Shown: positions 1 to 9,748, numbered from the stretch's first letter. The stretch is 64,000 bases of DNA from Burkholderiales bacterium (GCA_046590325.1 JBKJUC010000020.1:561-64560); one strand, 5' to 3'. Numbers and translations are program-made. The notes: generated from the sequence alone by a model not told the origin.

Positions 1-1
1 C

Positions 2-1402
2 AACGAATTGTTTGCGGGCAGGCGCGACGACGTCGGCCTGATCGTGCAGGGCGGGCTGTACAACTCGTTGGTCCGCGCGCTGCAGCAGTTCGGCCTGGCC
101 GATGCGTTTGGCGAGTCGGAGATTCCGATCTTCGTGCTCAACGTGACCTTCCCGCTGGTGCCGGAGGAGATCTCTACTTTCTGCTCCGGCAAGCGCGCCG
201 TGCTGATGGTCGAAGAAGGCCAGCCCGAGTACATCGAGCAGGAGATCCTCGCCACGCTCCGCAGGCTCGACATCAATACACCGATCCACGGCAAGGACAT
301 GCTGATGGCCGCGGGCGAGTACACCGTCGAGGTCATGGCGGGCGGGCTGGAGAAGTTCCTCGAGCGCCATCTGCCCGGCAGCCTTGGCGAGCCGGGAAAA
401 GGCTGGCTGAAGGGCAATGCACAGCGCCGCCAACGGGTGGCGCAACAACTGTCGGCACCGCTGCCGGCGCGGCCGCCCCAATTCTGCGTCGGCTGTCCGG
501 AGCGTCCCGTGTTTGCCGCACTCAAGCTTTCGCAGGCCGACGTCGGTGCGACGCACATTGCCGCGGATATCGGTTGTCATTCGTTTTCCACGTTCGAGCC
601 GTTTTCCTTCGGCCACTCGATACTCGGCTACGGGATGAGCCTGGCCAGCCGCGCCGGTGTTTCGCCGATGATGAAACGGCGGGTGCTGTCGATCATGGGT
701 GATGGCGGGTTCTGGCACAACGGACTGCTGACTGGCGTGCAGTCGGCGCTGTTCAACGGCGACGATGCGGTGTTGTTGATTTTCAAGAACGGTTACACCT
801 CGGCTACCGGAACCCAGGAGTTAATCTCAACCCCCGACGACGATGTCAAAGCCGCGACGCAGGACAAGCAGAAAAGCCTCATGCACCACAACCAGACCAT
901 CGAAAAAACGCTGACGGGCATGGGAGTGCAGTGGATGCGCACGGTGCACACTTACCACGTGCGGAAGATGCGCAAGACCCTGGACGCAGCCTTCACGTCG
1001 GAATTCAACGGCCTCAAGGTCATCATCGCCGAGGGCGAATGCCAGCTGGAACGGCAGCGCCGCATCCGGCCATGGATCGCCGGACTGCTCAAGGCGGGCA
1101 AGCGCGTGGTGCGCGTGAAGTATGGCGTTGACGAGGATGTATGTTCCGGGGATCACGCCTGCATCCGCCTGTCGGGATGCCCCACTTTGACATTGAAGGA
1201 CAGTTCCGATCCGCTCAGGGTCGATCCGGTCGCCACGGTGATCGACGGCTGCGTGGGCTGCGGCCTGTGCGGCGAGAATGCGCACGCCGCGACGCTGTGC
1301 CCCTCGTTCTATCGCGCCGAGGTGATCCGCAATCCGCGGCTTCATGAGCGCATTCTCGACGGCTTGCGTGGCTCGGTCATCAAGCTCTTGCAAACGGCAT
1401 GA
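2..1402 (+). CDS. iorA: indolepyruvate/2-oxoacid:ferredoxin oxidoreductase alpha subunit, C-terminal part (5' end lies outside the window)
   Basis: The frame is open from the window edge. It has a TPP-site-like MGDGGFWHNG and C-terminal ferredoxin-like cysteines (CVGCGLCGENAHAATLCP), and an iorB-like gene follows. Confidence 0.8.
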   Translation, partial: NELFAGRRDDVGLIVQGGLYNSLVRALQQFGLADAFGESEIPIFVLNVTFPLVPEEISTFCSGKRAVLMVEEGQPEYIEQEILATLRRLDINTPIHGKDMLMAAGEYTVEVMAGGLEKFLERHLPGSLGEPGKGWLKGNAQRRQRVAQQLSAPLPARPPQFCVGCPERPVFAALKLSQADVGATHIAADIGCHSFSTFEPFSFGHSILGYGMSLASRAGVSPMMKRRVLSIMGDGGFWHNGLLTGVQSALFNGDDAVLLIFKNGYTSATGTQELISTPDDDVKAATQDKQKSLMHHNQTIEKTLTGMGVQWMRTVHTYHVRKMRKTLDAAFTSEFNGLKVIIAEGECQLERQRRIRPWIAGLLKAGKRVVRVKYGVDEDVCSGDHACIRLSGCPTLTLKDSSDPLRVDPVATVIDGCVGCGLCGENAHAATLCPSFYRAEVIRNPRLHERILDGLRGSVIKLLQTA

Positions 1403-1553
1403 TTTACCACGGAGGCACAGAGGCACGGAGGAAGCGGGGCGTGAACCGCCAGGATTCTTTTCCATACCCCTTGAGGGGTGCGCCAAGACCTGCAATGAAC
1501 AATCCGGAGGTCTTTCGGTGTTTTCTCTGTGGCTCTGTGCTCCTGTGGTGAAA
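1403..1553. repeat. periodic-arm inverted-repeat element (copy E1) in the iorA-iorB spacer
   Basis: The left arm tttaccacggaggcacagaggcacggaggaa (1403-1433) is imperfectly complementary to the right arm ttttctctgtggctctgtgctcctgtggtgaaa (1521-1553). The arms show 8-nt periodicity (ccacggag/gcacagag/gcacggag). Confidence 0.6.
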
Positions 1554-1571
1554 AGACGTCTTTAGAAATCC

Positions 1572-3152
1572 ATGATTCCAGACGCTACTCAACGACCCCT
1601 CTCTCTGCTGATCTGCGCCCTCGGCGGAGAAGGCGGCGGCGTGTTGGCCGAGTGGCTGGTGGAAACCGCCACGCGCTGCGGCTACAGTGCGCAGAGCACT
1701 TCGATTCCCGGGGTGGCGCAACGCACCGGCTCGACGACCTATTACTTCGAAGTCTTTCCCGTGACCCTTGCCGGACTGGGTGGGCGCAAGCCCGTGTTCA
1801 GCCTGTATCCCGTGCCGGGCGGGCTGGACGTGCTGGTTTCCTCGGAACTGCTGGAGACCGTGCGGCACATCGGCAATGGCATGGCCTCGGCAGACCGCAC
1901 ACTGGTGGTCACTTCCAGCGCCCGCACACTGACGACGGCCGAAAAGATGCAGCTTGCCGATGGCCGTGCGCCATCCGCGGAATTATTGGCCACGGTTCAA
2001 GCCAACAGCCGATCCGCACGCATATTCGACATGGCGGAGGTGGCGCGGGAGACGGGCACGGTATTGAGTGCCGTGCTGTTCGGTGCAATAGCCGGCAGCG
2101 GCGTCCTGCCTTTCCCTCGCGAGGCCTTCGAGGAAACGATACGCAAGTCGGGCAAGGGCGTGGAAGCGAGCCTGCGCGGCTTCGCCCGCGCCTGCGACAT
2201 CGTGAGCCAGGGCCTGGTCCGGCAGGCGCCTGTTTCGCCGCTGCCGTCCGGGGCAGCAGATCTTCCGGCCGACTTCGCGCGGGAATTTCCTGCGCCGACA
2301 CATGCAATGCTGGCCGCCGGTTACGCGCGCATGCTGGAGTATCAGGATCGCGACTACGCGCAGTTGTACGTGCAGCGCTTGCGCCGCATCCTGGACGCCG
2401 AACGCGCCGCCGATCTTTCCGGCCGCAGGGAATGTGCGATCACCAGCGAAACCGCGCGTTATCTTGCATTGTGGATGGCCTTCGACGATATCGTGCGCGT
2501 CGCCGACCTCAAGTGCCGCGCCAGCCGCTACGCTCGCGTGCGCCAGGAGGTCAAAGCCGGCGCTGACGACCTCGTCCGGGTTTACGACCATTTCAAACCT
2601 GGTACTCCTGAGATCGCGGCCCTGCTGCCGGACCGCATCTCGCGTGCATTGATGCGATGGGATGCGCGTCGCCGCCTGGCCGGCAAGGACGCCTTCGCGC
2701 TGCCGCTCAAGATCGGTACGCACACGATTTTCGGATTCGTCGCTCTGCGCATCCTCGCCGGGCTCCGGGGTTTGCGGCGCCGCGGCGGCCGGTTCGCGAG
2801 GGAGCAGGCGATGATCGGTCGCTGGCTGGACGCAGTGGAACAGGGCACGCGCACCGACTGGCAGTTGGGACGGGAGATCGCCCTTTGCGGCCGGCTGATC
2901 AAGGGCTATGGCACCACCAACGAGCGCGGCAAGGAAAACCTGCTGTACGTGCTGGATCACCTGGCCGTCGCGGGCGGATTCTCCTCTGCGCAGGTCCGCG
3001 CCGACGCGATCCGGGCAGCGCGCATTGCCGCTCTTGAAGATGAAGGCGGCAATGCGCTCGACCAGGCCCTCGTCAAACACGGCGCGCTCCCGCGTCCCGT
3101 CAAGGCGCAGCCTGTGATGTGGGTGAAAAAGCAGCGCAGCACGCTATCCTGA
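1572..3152 (+). CDS. iorB: indolepyruvate ferredoxin oxidoreductase beta subunit family protein
   Basis: 526-aa ORF directly after iorA. The N-terminus LSLLICALGGEGGGVLAEWL is typical of the gamma/beta pyruvate:ferredoxin oxidoreductase-type domain. Confidence 0.8.
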   Translation: MIPDATQRPLSLLICALGGEGGGVLAEWLVETATRCGYSAQSTSIPGVAQRTGSTTYYFEVFPVTLAGLGGRKPVFSLYPVPGGLDVLVSSELLETVRHIGNGMASADRTLVVTSSARTLTTAEKMQLADGRAPSAELLATVQANSRSARIFDMAEVARETGTVLSAVLFGAIAGSGVLPFPREAFEETIRKSGKGVEASLRGFARACDIVSQGLVRQAPVSPLPSGAADLPADFAREFPAPTHAMLAAGYARMLEYQDRDYAQLYVQRLRRILDAERAADLSGRRECAITSETARYLALWMAFDDIVRVADLKCRASRYARVRQEVKAGADDLVRVYDHFKPGTPEIAALLPDRISRALMRWDARRRLAGKDAFALPLKIGTHTIFGFVALRILAGLRGLRRRGGRFAREQAMIGRWLDAVEQGTRTDWQLGREIALCGRLIKGYGTTNERGKENLLYVLDHLAVAGGFSSAQVRADAIRAARIAALEDEGGNALDQALVKHGALPRPVKAQPVMWVKKQRSTLS

Positions 3153-3188
3153 GTGCACTGCCTCTTTAGTGGCGCGCCGGGCGATGCG

Positions 3189-3216
3189 TTGACAAAGGCG
3201 GCTGCTGGTCTAAACT
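3189..3216 (+). promoter_or_regulatory. candidate sigma70 promoter upstream of the CBS-domain gene
   Basis: TTGACA (3189-3194), a 16-nt spacer, then TAAACT (3211-3216), about 80 nt before the ATG at 3295. Confidence 0.35.
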
Positions 3217-3294
3217 GAGCCCTGAAACATATGGAACCAATTATGGGTCATGGCCGGAACTGTTTCGCCAAGGATTTTTCGCCGTGGAGATAAA

Positions 3295-3723
3295 ATGAAA
3301 ACAGTTCAGCAGCTCCTGGAGTCAAAGCGTCATGGGGTAGCATCTGTAGCGCCTGAAACCAGCGTACTCGATGCGTTGAAGGTGATGGCGGAAAAGGAAA
3401 TCGGCGCTGTGCTCGTGCTCGATGGCGACGCGCTGGCCGGCATATTTTCCGAGCGTGACTATGCGCGCAAGGTGGTGCTGCAAGGCAAAGCGTCGAAGGA
3501 CACGCCCGTGCGCGAGATCATGACCGAGAAGGTTGTTTGCGTGCACCCGGAGCAGACCATCGAGGACTGCATGGGCCTGATGACCGATAAGCGCGTCCGC
3601 CACCTGCCGGTGCTGCAGGGCAGGAAAGTCATCGGCGTCGTGTCGATCGGCGACGTTGTCAAGGAAATGCTGGTCGAGAAAGAATTCTTGATCAAGCAAC
3701 TTGAGAGCTACATCCACAGCTGA
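3295..3723 (+). CDS. CBS domain-containing protein
   Basis: The internal ATG at 3295 is preceded by GGAGA. Two CBS-like repeats are present (VLVLDGDALAGIFSERD and VRHLPVLQGRKVIGVVSIGD). Confidence 0.8.
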   Translation: MKTVQQLLESKRHGVASVAPETSVLDALKVMAEKEIGAVLVLDGDALAGIFSERDYARKVVLQGKASKDTPVREIMTEKVVCVHPEQTIEDCMGLMTDKRVRHLPVLQGRKVIGVVSIGDVVKEMLVEKEFLIKQLESYIHS

Positions 3724-3769
3724 CCCGCATTGTGGCCGCTGGTCCGGCCATCAACTCCAGGTCCTTTCA

Positions 3770-4024
3770 ATGTTAAAGGTTCTATTGCCGGCGCTGCTCG
3801 TTGCCGTTTTGTTGTGTGGTTGCAAGACGCAGTCCGCGTTGACCGCGGACGCCACCAACTGCGGTCGCACCCAGGTGGACATCATCAAAAGCCGATATTC
3901 GCGGGATGGCACGACCACCGCGTGGTGTGCGAAATGCAAGGGCAGGATTTATCACTGTGTTTCGAATCCGGAACGCAGCCGGGTGGAGTGCAGGGAAGGC
4001 AACCCGGAAAATGTCTGCGACTGA
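3770..4024 (+). CDS. small Cys-rich lipoprotein (hypothetical)
   Basis: MLKVLLPALLVAVLLCGC is a signal peptide plus lipobox. Five further Cys residues lie in the mature part. Confidence 0.55.
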   Translation: MLKVLLPALLVAVLLCGCKTQSALTADATNCGRTQVDIIKSRYSRDGTTTAWCAKCKGRIYHCVSNPERSRVECREGNPENVCD

Positions 4025-4180
4025 TCACCATCGCCCCTGGTTTGCGTTGCCAAGCTGGAATCCGGCCGTCATTCGTGTTTTTTCCACGAGCGGCCGCAAC
4101 GTCCATTCCGAAGTCATGCGCGACGGAGCTGTCAGTGCTGGCGCGCTCCTTGCCTGAGGGGTCTACGCAATAGCAATCTC

Positions 4181-4990
4181 ATGCGTGAGCAATATCAAAT
4201 GAATGCTTCACTTCGAATCGCGGGTGCCATTGCTACTTGTCTGACTGCCTTTGCCTGGCCGTTTGGTTCTGCAGCAGCCGAAGACCGCGCAAGTTCGGCG
4301 CCCGCTCCTGCACGTGCGGATTCCCTGGACTTCCGCATGCGGGGCGAATTGCGCAACGAATACGTCGATTACCAGCAGGGCGGCGGCGCCAACCTGATCG
4401 TCCCCAGGCTGGATTACGCCGTCACACCTGCATTTTCGCTACGGATCGAGGCGCCGGTCGTGACCTCGGGGCCCGAACTCGCCGGTGAAAGCAACCAGTC
4501 CGGCTTCGGCGATCTTTTGTTCCGGGCCAGCTATCGGGTTGTCCGCACCAGTGGCTATGCGGCGGTCATTGGCAGCGAACTGTTGCTCGATACGGCGTCG
4601 AAGGATTCGCTGGGCTACGGCAAGGAAGTGCTGGCGCCCCTCGCCTACGCGTCAATCGACATTCCCCGTTGCCGGTCGGTGCTGTTTCCGTTCATCCAGC
4701 ATTACTTCACCATAGGTGGTGACGATTCGCGGCCGGATGTCAATTACACCAGTATCAAGGCAGCGATGCTGACCCGCTGGCCCGACCGTATTTATACCGT
4801 GGTGGAACCGCAACTCATCGTAGACCATGAACGCGCTGGCCGGATCGGCGCTACCGTGGAAGCGGAGGGCGGGCGATTCCTCACCCGTCAACTGGCGGTC
4901 TGGGCCCGGCCAGGCATCGGCCTGCATGGCGACGACCTGCCGCAGGTCTTTAACTGGAACCTGAAGATCGGCGTGCGCTACACGTTTTGA
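4181..4990 (+). CDS. putative outer-membrane beta-barrel protein (phenol-MetA-degradation-like transporter family)
   Basis: Signal peptide ...AFAWPFGSAAAED, alternating beta-strand pattern, an SGFGDLLFR motif and a C-terminal ...GVRYTF ending in aromatic Phe. The start could be Met at 4199. Confidence 0.6.
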   Translation: MREQYQMNASLRIAGAIATCLTAFAWPFGSAAAEDRASSAPAPARADSLDFRMRGELRNEYVDYQQGGGANLIVPRLDYAVTPAFSLRIEAPVVTSGPELAGESNQSGFGDLLFRASYRVVRTSGYAAVIGSELLLDTASKDSLGYGKEVLAPLAYASIDIPRCRSVLFPFIQHYFTIGGDDSRPDVNYTSIKAAMLTRWPDRIYTVVEPQLIVDHERAGRIGATVEAEGGRFLTRQLAVWARPGIGLHGDDLPQVFNWNLKIGVRYTF

Positions 4991-5010
4991 TCGGCGGCGG
5001 CTGAAACAGA

Positions 5011-5040
5011 AACGGGCAGCGCATGCGCTGCCCGTTTTCG
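5011..5040. terminator. bidirectional rho-independent terminator between convergent genes
   Basis: Perfect palindrome aacgggcagcgcatgcgctgcccgtt, flanked by an A-run upstream and TTTT downstream. Confidence 0.7.
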
Positions 5041-5056
5041 TTGGGATGCCGCGCTG

Positions 5057-5623
5057 TCAGTTCTTGACGGCTTCGACTTCGATGCTGATCTTGACCTCGT
5101 CGCCCACTGCGGGAACATAGGCGCTCAGGCCAAAATCGCTGCGTTTGATGACTGCAGTGGCATTGGCGCCGCAGACTGGTTTCTTGGTCATTGGGTGCGC
5201 GCCGCAATTAAATGCGGTGACGGTCAGGCTGACGGGCTTTGTCACGCCCAGCAAGGTCAGTTCGCCGTCGGCACCCGAGAGTTTGTCGCCGTTAAACTTG
5301 AGCTTGCTGGCCTTGTACGTGAGCGTAGGGAACTTGGCTACATTGAAGAACTCGTCGCTCTTCAGGTGTTCGTCACGCTTTCCGTGGCCGGTATCCAGGG
5401 AGGTCGCGTCGATGGTGATCTCGATGCTGCCGCTCTTGGCGGCGGCATCCAGCATGATCTTGCCGCTGGTGGCGTCGAACGTGCCGCGCAGGGTGGAAAA
5501 GCCGAGGTGGTTGATTTCGAAGCTCGGATAAGTGTGACTGGGATCCACGGTGTAAGAATCTGCCGCGATGGCGGGCAGGGCGAATGCCGCCGACACGAGT
5601 ACTGCTGCAAGTCTGGTTTTCAA
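5057..5623 (-). CDS. yceI: YceI family periplasmic polyisoprenoid-binding protein
   Basis: Signal peptide, then YTVDPSHTYPSFEINHLGFSTLRGTF, the typical YceI N-terminal signature. Confidence 0.85.
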   Translation of the reverse strand: MKTRLAAVLVSAAFALPAIAADSYTVDPSHTYPSFEINHLGFSTLRGTFDATSGKIMLDAAAKSGSIEITIDATSLDTGHGKRDEHLKSDEFFNVAKFPTLTYKASKLKFNGDKLSGADGELTLLGVTKPVSLTVTAFNCGAHPMTKKPVCGANATAVIKRSDFGLSAYVPAVGDEVKISIEVEAVKN

Positions 5624-5693
5624 ATCAATTCTCCTTCGCTGGTTTTAAAAAACGCCACGGCGCACTGCCGGACGGCGCGGTGACGGACTGCTG

Positions 5694-6251
5694 CTATTTA
5701 TTCCCTGTAGTGACGATTCTAAAACGCACCTGGACTTCGTCGGCGACCGTCTCGGTATCCGACCAGATGCCTTCCCCGATCTTGTATTGCAGACGCAGCA
5801 GCGGGAACGCACCCTCGAAGGTGCTGCTGCCGCCGACGGTCCTCACGGTGACCGGAAAGGTTACATCGCGGCTGATGCCCTTGATCGAGAGATTTCCCTT
5901 CACCTCCAGCTTGTCCTGAGCAACGGATTTGACCGAACTGGAAACGAACTTTGCGCTGGGAAAGGCGGCGATGTTGAACCAGGATTTTTTCCCGACCTCG
6001 AAGTCGGCTTCCGAGCTTCCGGTATCAACGCTGCCCAGGTCCACCTCGATCTGCGCTTTCGAAGCGGCGGGCTTCTTCGGGTCGTAAGCGACCTGCGCGG
6101 TGAATTTTCCGAAGCGGCCATCCACCGGCACGTTCATCTGTCTGGACACGAAACTGATCTGGCTCCTGGTGTAGTCCACGCTGTCCGCCATGGCGGTAGT
6201 GCCCAACATGGAAAGAACTGCCGCCAAGGCGATGGCTGTCTTGAACTTCAT
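5694..6251 (-). CDS. YceI family protein (second paralogue)
   Basis: Internal start MKFKTAIALAAVLSMLGTTAMA at 6251 forms an ATGA overlap with the stop of the upstream cytochrome b561 gene. YceI-like DGRFGKF and lipocalin-like pattern. The N-terminal 135 aa of the track ORF overlap cybB and are rejected. Confidence 0.85.
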   Translation of the reverse strand: MKFKTAIALAAVLSMLGTTAMADSVDYTRSQISFVSRQMNVPVDGRFGKFTAQVAYDPKKPAASKAQIEVDLGSVDTGSSEADFEVGKKSWFNIAAFPSAKFVSSSVKSVAQDKLEVKGNLSIKGISRDVTFPVTVRTVGGSSTFEGAFPLLRLQYKIGEGIWSDTETVADEVQVRFRIVTTGNK

Positions 6252-6796
6252 GCGTTTTTGCTCCGGGGTTTGACGAGCGGGAACATTCGGGCCAGCACGT
6301 CGTCGCGATCCAGCAGATGATGCTTCAGCGCCGCGGCGACATGCAGTACGACCAGTGCGAGCATGGAAATGTTCAGGAACTGGTGCGCATCCTTCAGTTG
6401 ATCGGCGAGGGCCTTGTCCTTGGCCAGCACGTCGGGAATCGGCAGGATGCCAAGATAGACCACCTGGAAGCCGGAGGCCGAACTCATCAGCCAGCCGGAA
6501 ATCGGGATCGCGAGCGTCAGTGCATATAACACCACATGGGTCACTGCCGCGGCGCGGTGCTGCCAGGCGGGCATCGAGGGCGGTGAGGGCGGCGGGCGAT
6601 GGCCAAGCCGCCATAACAGCCGGAACAGCACCAGCGCGAAAATTGTCACACCGATCCACTTGTGATACGAGTAGAGCTTGAGCTTCGTGGGCGAGAGGGG
6701 TAACTCGTGCATGTAGACCCCGAGCGCGAAAGTTCCGAAAATGATCAGCGCGATCACCCAGTGCAGGCCGATGGCGACGCGGGTATAGCGCTGCAT
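6248..6796 (-). CDS. cybB: cytochrome b561 family protein
   Basis: MQRYTRVAIGLHWVIALIIFGTF... with four TM helices and conserved His residues (HW, H in helices 2-4). Confidence 0.85.
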   Translation of the reverse strand: MQRYTRVAIGLHWVIALIIFGTFALGVYMHELPLSPTKLKLYSYHKWIGVTIFALVLFRLLWRLGHRPPPSPPSMPAWQHRAAAVTHVVLYALTLAIPISGWLMSSASGFQVVYLGILPIPDVLAKDKALADQLKDAHQFLNISMLALVVLHVAAALKHHLLDRDDVLARMFPLVKPRSKNA

Positions 6797-6797
6797 G

Positions 6798-7250
6798 TCA
6801 GGTCGCCCTCATCGCCGAGTGCGCATCGCGCAGCGCGTCGCGCAGGCACTGTAGCAGTTCCCGGGCTTGATCCAATTCGTCGGCTGACAGTACCGTGAAC
6901 GCCTTCTTGACGTGCGCCGTGTGCTCGGGAAATACCTTTCCGAACATGCGTGTGCCTGCCGCGGTCAGGGACACGAAAACCTGGCGCCGGTCGGCGTCGG
7001 ACGGTCCGCGGCGAATGAGGCCCCGCGCTTCCATCCTGTCGAGGACGCCGGTCAGGGTGCCTTTGGTGATCAGGGTTTTTTCGCCTAGTTCCCGGCAAGT
7101 CATGCCGGATGTATTCCCCAGGGTTGCGAGGATGTCGAACTGGGCGGGCGTCAGCCCCAGGCTGCGTACGTGCGATCCCGAATAGGCCTCGAACGCCTGG
7201 TAACACTCGGCCAGGGAACGCAGGGTTCTAAGGAAGTTCTCGCCATTCAT
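6798..7250 (-). CDS. MarR family transcriptional regulator
   Basis: Winged-helix MarR pattern (LGLTPAQFDILATL...GMTCRELGEKTLITKGTLTGVLDRMEARGLIRR..DRRQV). Start chosen at MNGENF (7250). The stop abuts the cybB start. Confidence 0.8.
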   Translation of the reverse strand: MNGENFLRTLRSLAECYQAFEAYSGSHVRSLGLTPAQFDILATLGNTSGMTCRELGEKTLITKGTLTGVLDRMEARGLIRRGPSDADRRQVFVSLTAAGTRMFGKVFPEHTAHVKKAFTVLSADELDQARELLQCLRDALRDAHSAMRAT

Positions 7251-7417
7251 AACAAGGCATTCCGGGGATATTGTTCTAATAAGGACTATTTTTATCCTGG
7301 CTCGGTCTGCTGTCAACAGGCATCGGCGGCTACGTCACAGGTGACGCGCGCAGCCTGGTTGACGGCCCGCCGTCGCCCGCCCAAACTCGCCAGCTTTCGA
7401 CAACCGGGGGGAGGCAC

Positions 7418-8164
7418 GTGTTCGGGTCACTCATAATCGGCGATGAAATCCTGTCCGGTAAGCGGCAGGACAAGCACTTTCCGAAAGTCATAACGCTGCT
7501 CCGGGCGCGGGGGCTGGAACTGGGATGGAGCATGGTCCTGCCCGATGACCCGGAAGTGATAACGGCAGTGCTGTCCAGCACCCTGGCACGCGATGACATC
7601 GTCTTCTGTTTCGGCGGTATCGGTGCCACGCCCGACGACCACACCCGGCAATGCGCCGCCAGGGCGGCAGGTGTGGAACTGCTGCTCCACCCGGAGGCGA
7701 AACGCGAACTCGAGGCCCGCTTCGGCGCGGACGCCTATCCGAAACGCATTGAGATGGGCGTATTCCCGGCGGGCAGCCGCATCATCCCGAATCCCTACAA
7801 CCGGGTGCCCGGATTCAGTTACGCGCGGCACCATTTCCTGCCGGGTTTCCCGGAGATGGCCTGGCCGATGATGGAGTGGGTACTCGACAACGAGTATCCG
7901 CACTTGCACAACCAGGTCCCGCCGGTGGATCTGGCAATCGTGGTCAAGGATGCGGGCGAGAGCCAGTTGATCGACCTCATGAATGCCTGCATCGCCCGCT
8001 ATCCGGCGCTGAAACTGTTCAGCCTTCCGAGCTTCACTCCTGCCGGCCGCCGCATCGAGCTCGGTATCCGCGGCGAAGTTAAGCTTGCGGAACAGGCCCT
8101 GGATTTCCTGCAGAAGGGTGTCAGTGCCCTGGGTTTTGCGTGGGAACCGAGAAAACAGGATTGA
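7418..8164 (+). CDS. CinA-like molybdopterin-binding (MoCF_biosynth) domain protein
   Basis: GTG start. LIIGDEILSGKRQDKHFP...GGIGATPDDHT is characteristic of the MoaB/CinA N-terminal fold. Confidence 0.7.
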   Translation: MFGSLIIGDEILSGKRQDKHFPKVITLLRARGLELGWSMVLPDDPEVITAVLSSTLARDDIVFCFGGIGATPDDHTRQCAARAAGVELLLHPEAKRELEARFGADAYPKRIEMGVFPAGSRIIPNPYNRVPGFSYARHHFLPGFPEMAWPMMEWVLDNEYPHLHNQVPPVDLAIVVKDAGESQLIDLMNACIARYPALKLFSLPSFTPAGRRIELGIRGEVKLAEQALDFLQKGVSALGFAWEPRKQD

Positions 8165-8246
8165 GGCTCGGGGATCGAGGATTGAGCAAGATCAGGAACT
8201 CCAACGACTCGATGCAAGCCCCAATTCCCAATCCCCGCTTAACCCC
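8158..8246. repeat. periodic-arm inverted-repeat element (copy E2)
   Basis: ggattgaggctcggggatcgaggattgagc (8158-8187) faces gccccaattcccaatccccgcttaacccc (8218-8246). Complementarity is imperfect and the arms have a 7-nt period. The left arm overlaps the upstream stop codon. Confidence 0.45.
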
Positions 8247-8297
8247 ATTTCCGCCAAGCGTCCGTTTACAGGGTGTCTTCATCACAAGGAGTGCACC

Positions 8298-9041
8298 ATG
8301 CGACGCCTGTTTGGATTCATTTTCTGTTCTCTTCTTGCCGGTTCGACTTTAGCCGCCGGCAATCTTGCCGATATTGAGATTTACGACCGCGCCAGCGGCC
8401 GCACGCTGCCGGTCCATGAAAGCGGTGGCCGCTGGTATGTTGCCGGCAAACCCGGCAATGAATATCAGGTCACGGTGCGAAACCGCAGCGGGGGGGACCT
8501 GCTTGCGGTCATCTCGGTTGATGGGGTCAACGTGGTCAGTGGCGAAACCGCCGCGCAATGGCAAAGCGGCTACGTGATAGACCGCGGGCGCTCCTTGTCC
8601 ATCAAGGGATGGCGTAAGAGTCTTGAGAAAGTCGCGGCTTTCTACTTCACGGATCTCGGCGACTCCTATGCGGCGAGGACCGGGCGGCCGGACAATGTCG
8701 GCGTGATCGGCGTCGCTGTCTTCAAGCGCAAGCCGGAACCGGTTGTCGAACTGGAAGAGTCGAGGTCTCGCGCCGACGCTGCCGGATCCGCTGCCGAGCA
8801 TTCCGCACGCTCTGTGCCGCAAGCGGCGCAGAAAAGCATCGGAACCGGACATGGCCGTGTGCAGGTATCGGCGGCCCGCTATGTCGAATTCGAACGCGAT
8901 TCCAATTCGCCGAGTGACCTGATTGCCATCCACTACGATACTTACGAAAATCTGGTCGCGCGCGGCGTGATCCGCGACGCGCGGCGCTGGCCGTCTCCGT
9001 TTCCGGGCGGATTTGTGGCCGATCCCCCGGGTCGCGGCTGA
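8298..9041 (+). CDS. secreted hypothetical protein
   Basis: ATG at 8298 preceded by AAGGAG. Signal peptide MRRLFGFIFCSLLAGSTLAA. No motif that I recognise. Confidence 0.6.
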   Translation: MRRLFGFIFCSLLAGSTLAAGNLADIEIYDRASGRTLPVHESGGRWYVAGKPGNEYQVTVRNRSGGDLLAVISVDGVNVVSGETAAQWQSGYVIDRGRSLSIKGWRKSLEKVAAFYFTDLGDSYAARTGRPDNVGVIGVAVFKRKPEPVVELEESRSRADAAGSAAEHSARSVPQAAQKSIGTGHGRVQVSAARYVEFERDSNSPSDLIAIHYDTYENLVARGVIRDARRWPSPFPGGFVADPPGRG

Positions 9042-9127
9042 GCCCTGGTCCAAATCATCTGGGCGAAGGGCCGTCCGGCGATGTGCGAATGCCAGCCGCT
9101 GCGCTTGGGATTAGACTCGTGATTGCA

Positions 9128-9748
9128 ATGAGCCAACCTGAATCGGATAGAACTTCTCTGCCGGACAAAGATCCTGTGCCGGATGAAGATCTGATGTTGC
9201 GCTACCGCGACGGTGAAGCGCGCGCGTTCGAGGCGCTTTACGCGCGCCACCGCGGCGGCCTGTTCCGCTACGTGCTGCGGCAGGTAGGATTCCGCGCGGC
9301 GGCGGACGAAGTGTTCCAGGAAGTCTGGATGCGCATCGTGTCGTCCCGCGCGCGTTACCGGGCCGAGGCGCGTTTCGCCACTTTTCTCTACAGCATTGCG
9401 CACAACTGCGTAATGGACCATTTCCGCCGCAAGCCGCCGCTGCAACTCATTTCGTTCGACGACAAGCCCGACGAGGCGCTGCAGGTGCCCGGCCCGGCCG
9501 GTGAGCAGCCGGAACGCCAGGCGCAACGGCGCCAGACGGCGCAACAACTGCTGCGGGCGCTGGCGCTTCTGCCGGACGAGCAGCGCAATGCATTTCTCCT
9601 GCACGAAGAAGGGGGGCTGACGCTCGACGAGATCGCGGTCGTCATGGGCGTCGGGCGGGAAACCGCGAAAAGCCGCCTGCGCTATGCGCTGGCCAAATTG
9701 CGCGAAGAATTGACGGGATCGGGAATCGAGCATGCCGACGTTGCCTGA
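9128..9748 (+). CDS. RNA polymerase sigma-70 factor, ECF subfamily
   Basis: Region 2 (ALYARHRGGLFRYVLRQV...DEVFQEVWMRIV) and region 4 (LPDEQRNAFLLHEEGGLTLDEIAVVMGVGRETAKSRLRYALAKLR). Confidence 0.85.
   Translation: MSQPESDRTSLPDKDPVPDEDLMLRYRDGEARAFEALYARHRGGLFRYVLRQVGFRAAADEVFQEVWMRIVSSRARYRAEARFATFLYSIAHNCVMDHFRRKPPLQLISFDDKPDEALQVPGPAGEQPERQAQRRQTAQQLLRALALLPDEQRNAFLLHEEGGLTLDEIAVVMGVGRETAKSRLRYALAKLREELTGSGIEHADVA

Noticed and set aside
1983-3080. 365-aa minus-strand ORF. The same pattern applies to 44552-45571, 47947-49059 and 28100-29224.
   Set aside because: Each is antisense to a gene with clear family motifs (iorB, xseA, mutL and the APH-fold kinase respectively). All are shadow ORFs.
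6252-6659. N-terminal 135-aa extension of the second YceI ORF (track ORF 5694-6659).
   Set aside because: The extension overlaps the cytochrome b561 gene in another frame and is Arg/Ala/Gly-rich. The internal Met at 6251 gives a normal signal peptide and an ATGA overlap with the cybB stop.
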